The notes under the pieces were generated by a model. The model had not been told where the DNA came from. It made no database searches and saw only the letters and a program-made list of their open reading frames with translations. Shown here piece by piece: positions 17,083-21,246 of a stretch of DNA of 21,246 nucleotides. The stretch comes from a virus (taxonomy: Duplodnaviria > Heunggongvirae > Uroviricota > Caudoviricetes). Every line of letters starts with the position of its first letter. Within the stretch, counting starts at the first letter, position 1. The stretch spans positions 1 through 21,246 of IMG/VR virus record IMGVR_UViG_2534681772_000016. One strand, 5' to 3'. The translations under genes and the position numbers were made by a program.

Positions 17083-17409
17083 ATGACTAAAAATACTCGT
17101 TTTTCCCCCGAAGTCCGTCAGAGGGCGATTCGTATGGTTCTGGAAAGTCAGGGCGAATATGACTCACAGTGGGCGGCAATTTGTTCCATTGCCCCAAAGA
17201 TTGACTGTACACCGGAGACTCTGCGTGTCTGGGTACGCCAGCATGAGCGGGATACCGGAGGCGGTGATGGCGGGCTCACCACCGCTGAACGTCAGCGTCT
17301 GAAAGAGCTGGAACGTGAAAATCGTGAACTGCGCCGCAGTAACGATATCCTTCGCCAGGCTTCCGCTTATTTTGCGAAGGCGGAGTTCGACCGCCTCTGG
17401 AAAAAGTGA
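17083..17409 (+). CDS. IS3-family transposase OrfA (HTH)
   Basis: The 108-aa product [40 protein letters not shown]... has a leucine-zipper-like C-terminus and matches IS629/IS1203-type OrfA as recalled. Confidence 0.9.
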   Translation: MTKNTRFSPEVRQRAIRMVLESQGEYDSQWAAICSIAPKIDCTPETLRVWVRQHERDTGGGDGGLTTAERQRLKELERENRELRRSNDILRQASAYFAKAEFDRLWKK

Positions 17410-18296
17410 TGCCACTGCTGGATAAGCTGCGTAAGCTGTACGGGGTCGGACCGGTATGCAGTGAACTACATATTGCCCCGTCAACGTATTACCACTGTCA
17501 GCAACAGCGACATCATCCTGATAAACGCAGTGCCCGTGCGCAGCGCGATGACTGGCTGAAGAAAGAGATACTGCGCGTATACGATGGGAATCATCAGGTA
17601 TACGGTGTGCGTAAAGTCTGGCGTCAGTTGTTACGGGAAGGAATCAGGGTAGCCAGATGTACAGTGGCGCGCCTCATGGCGGTTATGGGACTTGCCGGTG
17701 TTCTCCGGGGTAAAAAGGTCCGCACTACCGTCAGCCGGAAAGCCGTTGCCGCAGGCGACCGCGTAAACCGTCAGTTTGTGGCAGAACGTCCTGACCAGTT
17801 GTGGGTGGCTGATTTTACTTACGTCAGCACATGGCAGGGGGTCGTCTATGTGGCGTTCATCATTGATGTGTTTGCCGGATACATCGTGGGGTGGCGGGTC
17901 TCATCGTCTATGGAAACGACATTCGTGCTGGATGCTCTGGAGCAGGCGTTATGGGCCCGTCGACCGTCCGGCACAGTCCATCACAGTGATAAAGGTTCTC
18001 AGTATGTATCGCTGGCCTACACACAGCGGCTTAAGGAAGCCGGATTACTGGCATCAACAGGAAGTACTGGTGACTCGTATGACAACGCGATGGCGGAGAG
18101 CATCAATGGCCTTTACAAAGCGGAGGTAATACACCGTAAGAGCTGGAAAAACCGGACAGAAGTGGAGCTGGCCACACTCACGTGGGTGGACTGGTATAAC
18201 AATCGACGATTGCTGGGAAGGCTGGGCCATACTCCTCCGGCAGAAGCAGAAAAAGCTTATTATGCTTCCATCGGAAACGATGATCTGGCAGCCTGA
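17406..18296 (+). CDS. IS3-family transposase OrfB (DDE domain), normally made as an OrfAB fusion by -1 frameshifting
   Basis: The 296-aa product has ..WVADFTYV.. and ..HHSDKGSQY.. and ..[15 protein letters not shown].. (the DDE triad context). It overlaps orfA in the -1 frame at an A-rich site. Confidence 0.9.
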   Translation: MMPLLDKLRKLYGVGPVCSELHIAPSTYYHCQQQRHHPDKRSARAQRDDWLKKEILRVYDGNHQVYGVRKVWRQLLREGIRVARCTVARLMAVMGLAGVLRGKKVRTTVSRKAVAAGDRVNRQFVAERPDQLWVADFTYVSTWQGVVYVAFIIDVFAGYIVGWRVSSSMETTFVLDALEQALWARRPSGTVHHSDKGSQYVSLAYTQRLKEAGLLASTGSTGDSYDNAMAESINGLYKAEVIHRKSWKNRTEVELATLTWVDWYNNRRLLGRLGHTPPAEAEKAYYASIGNDDLAA

Positions 18297-18341
18297 GTTC
18301 ACAGATAAAACACTCTCCAGGAAACCCGGGGCGGTTCATCC

Positions 18342-18423
18342 TGACGCTAATGATGGGTGGATAATTCCTGGTGCGTCGTGGAAACCGTCACACTGGATGC
18401 CGCTACCAGAGCCTCCACTTTGA
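18342..18423 (+). pseudogene. 3' remnant of the IS-interrupted DUF551-like gene
   Basis: Removing the IS and one copy of tcc gives a continuous ORF ending ..GHPDANDGWIIPGASWKPSHWMPLPEPPL. Confidence 0.6.
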
Positions 18424-18519
18424 AAGCGAAGCTTATACATATCTTTTACATCAGCAATCTATTGTTAATCTCCAATCAATGTTACGTTGTCATCTCACTC
18501 ATGCTTTGGAGGTAGTGAT

Positions 18520-18699
18520 ATGTCTTGTCCAAAATGCGGTTCTGGAAATATTGCAAAAGAAAAAACAATGCGTGGATGGTCTGGTGATTATGTGTGCTGC
18601 GATTGCGGATACAACGACTCTAAAGACGCATTTGGAGAGCGTGGTAAAAACGAGTTTGTTAAAATTAATAAAGAACGCGAAGGCAACGAAAAAAGCTAA
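18520..18699 (+). CDS. Hypothetical zinc-ribbon small protein (59 aa)
   Basis: The ORF MSCPKCGSGNIAKEKTMRGWSGDYVCCDCGYNDSKDAFGERGKNEF... has two CxxC pairs. GGAGG lies 8 nt upstream of the ATG. Confidence 0.5.
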   Translation: MSCPKCGSGNIAKEKTMRGWSGDYVCCDCGYNDSKDAFGERGKNEFVKINKEREGNEKS

Positions 18700-18764
18700 T
18701 TTATTTATTCATATATGAAAACAATGTAACCAATATTCGATTTGAAGAACTGAAAGAACACCAA

Positions 18765-18787
18765 GCCGCCTGATGGCGGTTTTTTAT
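18765..18787 (+). terminator. Intrinsic terminator
   Basis: The hairpin gccgcc-tgat-ggcggt is followed by ttttttatt. Confidence 0.55.
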
Positions 18788-18799
18788 TGGAGACAAGAA

Positions 18800-19144
18800 A
18801 TGTCAGATTTGGCTATGAAGGTTTTGAAATGGCAATCGACTGGCGATGTTGGCATCAGTAGCGCAACTCTTGCCTCAATCGCATGTGGACTGAAAAAGAA
18901 TATCTATGGTCATCACTTCGGCGCTCCACATGACGCAGCCGATTTCCGGCGATGCGTTGCACTTGTTGAGCAGATTCCAGAAATCAGAGATTCATTCGAC
19001 AAGGTTGCAAAGCGCGTTCCGGCATTCAAAGGCATCCTCAACGAATGGGATTCTCTCGTTGCTCTGTTGAAGTCTGAAATGAAGATACACGGAAACAAAG
19101 CACCAGAGACTTACAGAAGAATCAGCGAGCTACGCAAGGACTAA
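18800..19144 (+). CDS. Hypothetical protein (114 aa)
   Basis: The ORF MSDLAMKVLKWQSTGDVGISSATLASIACGLKKNIYGHHFGAPHDAADFRR... has a GGAGA RBS. The upstream ATG at 18773 lies inside the terminator and was not used. Confidence 0.5.
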   Translation: MSDLAMKVLKWQSTGDVGISSATLASIACGLKKNIYGHHFGAPHDAADFRRCVALVEQIPEIRDSFDKVAKRVPAFKGILNEWDSLVALLKSEMKIHGNKAPETYRRISELRKD

Positions 19145-19268
19145 CCACAGTCTCACACTCGATGAGGCCTGTTCATTTCTCAAGATATCCAGACCTACCA
19201 TTGCTGCATCAATGCGGCTTTTTATTGCCTGATTTGCAGGTTCGATTCCCTATTCGGAGATAGCACTC

Positions 19269-19469
19269 ATGCAACACGAACTACAACCTGATTCACTGGT
19301 TGATTTGAAATTCATCATGGCTGATACTGGCTTCGGTAAGACCTTCATCTATGACCGGATTAAGTCCGGCGACCTGCCAAAAGCCAAAGTTATCCACGGA
19401 CGAGCAAGATGGTTATATCGTGACCATTGTGAATTCAAAAATAAGCTCTTAAGCCGCGCCAATGGGTAA
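19269..19469 (+). CDS. torI: AlpA/Xis-family excisionase (TorI-like recombination directionality factor)
   Basis: The 66-aa product MQHELQPDSLVDLKFIMADTGFGKTFIYDRIKSGDLPKAKVIHGRARWLYRDHCEF... matches the winged-helix excisionase pattern and TorI of the KplE1 prophage as recalled. It lies adjacent to the att core. Confidence 0.7.
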   Translation: MQHELQPDSLVDLKFIMADTGFGKTFIYDRIKSGDLPKAKVIHGRARWLYRDHCEFKNKLLSRANG

Positions 19470-19542
19470 AATAGCGGGTAAAATATTTCTCACATCTAAA
19501 AAACACCATTCCAATCAATCCCCTGCCGCTTCAAGTAGATGT

Positions 19543-19557
19543 CTGCAGGGGACACCA
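19543..19557 (+). other. Prophage attachment-site core (attR-type), identical to the 3' end of tRNA-Arg (argW)
   Basis: ctgcaggggacacca equals the acceptor-stem 3' strand plus CCA of argW as recalled. The 5' part of the tRNA is absent, so this is a displaced partial copy marking the prophage-chromosome junction. Confidence 0.6.
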
Positions 19558-19998
19558 GATACCCTTCAAACGAAATCTACCTTCACCCCGTAAAAGATGG
19601 GTTTGGCAGCACACTTGCCTTATATCTACTCATTTTTACTGCAACAGGTTGAAATCTCAGCACTGTCAGAAAGCGCTGATGACTAAACAGCCCTGAGCCG
19701 GGCGATGTAACCATCACACAGAATCCTGATAGCGAAATATGGCGTGACTCGATACTTCACTCCGCAATGCATTCCTTGATGAATTCGCAGGACCGTGATA
19801 CACGGGACAGGTCACTGAATGACGACAATGTCCTGGAAACCAGCGAACCGCGCATCTGAAGTACATTTGAGCGACTGTACCAGAACATGAATGAGGCGTT
19901 TGGATTAGGCGATTATTAGCAGGGCTAAGCATTTTACTATTATTATTTTCCGGTTGAGGGATATAGAGCTATCGACAACAACCGGAAAAAGTTTACGT

Positions 19999-21246
19999 CT
20001 ATATTGCTGAAGGTACAGGCGTTTCCATAACTATTTGCTCGCGTTTTTTACTCAAGAAGAAAATGCCAAATAGCAACATCAGGCAGACAATACCCGAAAT
20101 TGCGAAGAAAACTGTCTGGTAGCCTGCGTGGTCAAAGAGTATCCCAGTCGGCGTTGAAAGCAGCACAATCCCAAGCGAACTGGCAATTTGAAAACCAATC
20201 AGAAAGATCGTCGACGACAGGCGCTTATCAAAGTTTGCCACGCTGTATTTGAAGACGGATATGACACAAAGTGGAACCTCAATGGCATGTAACAACTTCA
20301 CTAATGAAATAATCCAGGGGTTAACGAACAGCGCGCAGGAAAGGATACGCAACGCCATAATCACAACTCCGATAAGTAATGCATTTTTTGGCCCTACCCG
20401 ATTCACAAAGAAAGGAATAATCGCCATGCACAGCGCTTCGAGTACCACCTGGAATGAGTTGAGATAACCATACAGGCGCGTTCCTACATCGTGTGATTCG
20501 AATAAACCTGCATAAAAGACAGGAAAAAGTTGTTGATCAAAAATGTTATAGAAAGACCACGTCCCCACAATAAATATGACGAAAACCCAGAAGTTTCGAT
20601 CCTTGAAAACTGCGATAAAATCCTCTTTTTTTACCCCTCCCGCATCTGCCGCTACGCACTGGTGATCCTTATCTTTAAAACGCATGTTGATCATCATAAA
20701 TACAGCGCCAAATAGCGAGACCAACCAGAAGTTGATATGGGGACTGATACTAAAAAATATGCCGGCAAAGAACGCGCCAATAGCATAGCCAAAAGATCCC
20801 CAGGCGCGCGCTGTTCCATATTCGAAATGAAAATTTCGCGCCATTTTTTCGGTGAAGCTATCAAGCAAACCGCATCCCGCCAGATACCCCAAGCCAAAAA
20901 ATAGCGCCCCCAGAATTAGACCTACAGAAAAATTGCTTTGCAGTAACGGTTCATAAACGTAAATCATAAACGGTCCGGTCAAGACCAGGATGAAACTCAT
21001 ACACCAGATGAGCGGTTTCTTCAGACCGAGTTTATCCTGAACGATGCCGTAGAACATCATAAATAGAATGCTGGTAAACTGGTTGACCGAATAAAGTGTA
21101 CCTAATTCCGTCCCTGTCAACCCTAGATGTCCTTTCAGCCAAATAGCGTATAACGACCACCACAGCGACCAGGAAATAAAAAAGAGAAATGAGTAACTGG
21201 ATGCAAAACGATAGTACGCATTTCTGAATGGAATATTCAGTGCCAT
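19999..21246 (-). CDS. cscB: Sucrose permease CscB-like (LacY-family oligosaccharide:H+ symporter, MFS); chromosomal flank
   Basis: The 415-aa product MALNIPFRNAYYRFASSYSFLFFISWSLWWSLYAIWLKGH... has 12 predicted hydrophobic segments and matches CscB as recalled. Its start codon is the last codon of the window. Confidence 0.85.
   Translation of the reverse strand: MALNIPFRNAYYRFASSYSFLFFISWSLWWSLYAIWLKGHLGLTGTELGTLYSVNQFTSILFMMFYGIVQDKLGLKKPLIWCMSFILVLTGPFMIYVYEPLLQSNFSVGLILGALFFGLGYLAGCGLLDSFTEKMARNFHFEYGTARAWGSFGYAIGAFFAGIFFSISPHINFWLVSLFGAVFMMINMRFKDKDHQCVAADAGGVKKEDFIAVFKDRNFWVFVIFIVGTWSFYNIFDQQLFPVFYAGLFESHDVGTRLYGYLNSFQVVLEALCMAIIPFFVNRVGPKNALLIGVVIMALRILSCALFVNPWIISLVKLLHAIEVPLCVISVFKYSVANFDKRLSSTIFLIGFQIASSLGIVLLSTPTGILFDHAGYQTVFFAISGIVCLMLLFGIFFLSKKREQIVMETPVPSAI

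Larger units (their letters stand above)
17029..18338 (+). mobile_element. Complete IS629-like (IS3 family) element, 1310 bp, with terminal inverted repeats and a 3-bp target duplication TCC
   Basis: Left end tgaaccgccccgggaatcctggaga; right end tctccaggaaacccggggcggttca. The flanking direct repeats tcc lie at 17026-17028 and 18339-18341. The orfA/orfB pair is typical of IS3-family elements. Confidence 0.9.

Noticed and set aside
19237-19256. tRNA gene call for the ttgcaggttcgattcc fragment
   Set aside because: Only a T-arm-like segment is present. There is no acceptor stem, D-arm or anticodon arm, so it is at most a tRNA-derived att remnant.
19714-19932. 72-aa minus-strand ORF between the att core and cscB
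   Set aside because: It has no RBS and a Cys/His/Arg-rich low-complexity translation in an intergenic region. It is likely spurious.

Overview
This window holds most of a degenerate lambdoid prophage, a mosaic of lambda-like and P22-like modules, lying in reverse orientation with late genes at low coordinates. Reading from the left: a truncated IS629-like element (1-303); lambda-type lysis genes S, R, Rz/Rz1 (minus strand); the late promoter region and antiterminator Q; a nin region (ninI-like phosphatase, ninH, ninG, ninF, ninE, a Dam-like methyltransferase, ninB); a toprim primase-helicase gene interrupted by an intein that carries LAGLIDADG motifs; an O-like initiator with an internal iteron origin; lambda cII with an oop antisense RNA; and a P22-type immunity region (cro, OR1-3, c2, OL/PL). 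On the plus strand follow an N-like antiterminator with nutL, a run of small uncharacterised early-left genes, cIII-like, a Rad52-family annealing protein and SSB, a DUF551-like gene split by a complete IS629 copy (3-bp TSD), a TorI-like excisionase, an att core matching the 3' end of tRNA-Arg (argW), and the chromosomal sucrose permease gene cscB. Three phage genes (Rz, ninI, the helicase/intein) carry single-base frameshifts, no integrase or structural genes are present in the window, and two IS copies are inserted, so the element looks cryptic. The most unusual items are the intein in the replicative helicase P-loop, an SSB with a C-terminal extension, and two blocks of unassigned accessory genes. 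All calls rest on reading the sequence and on recalled protein families; no database search was run.
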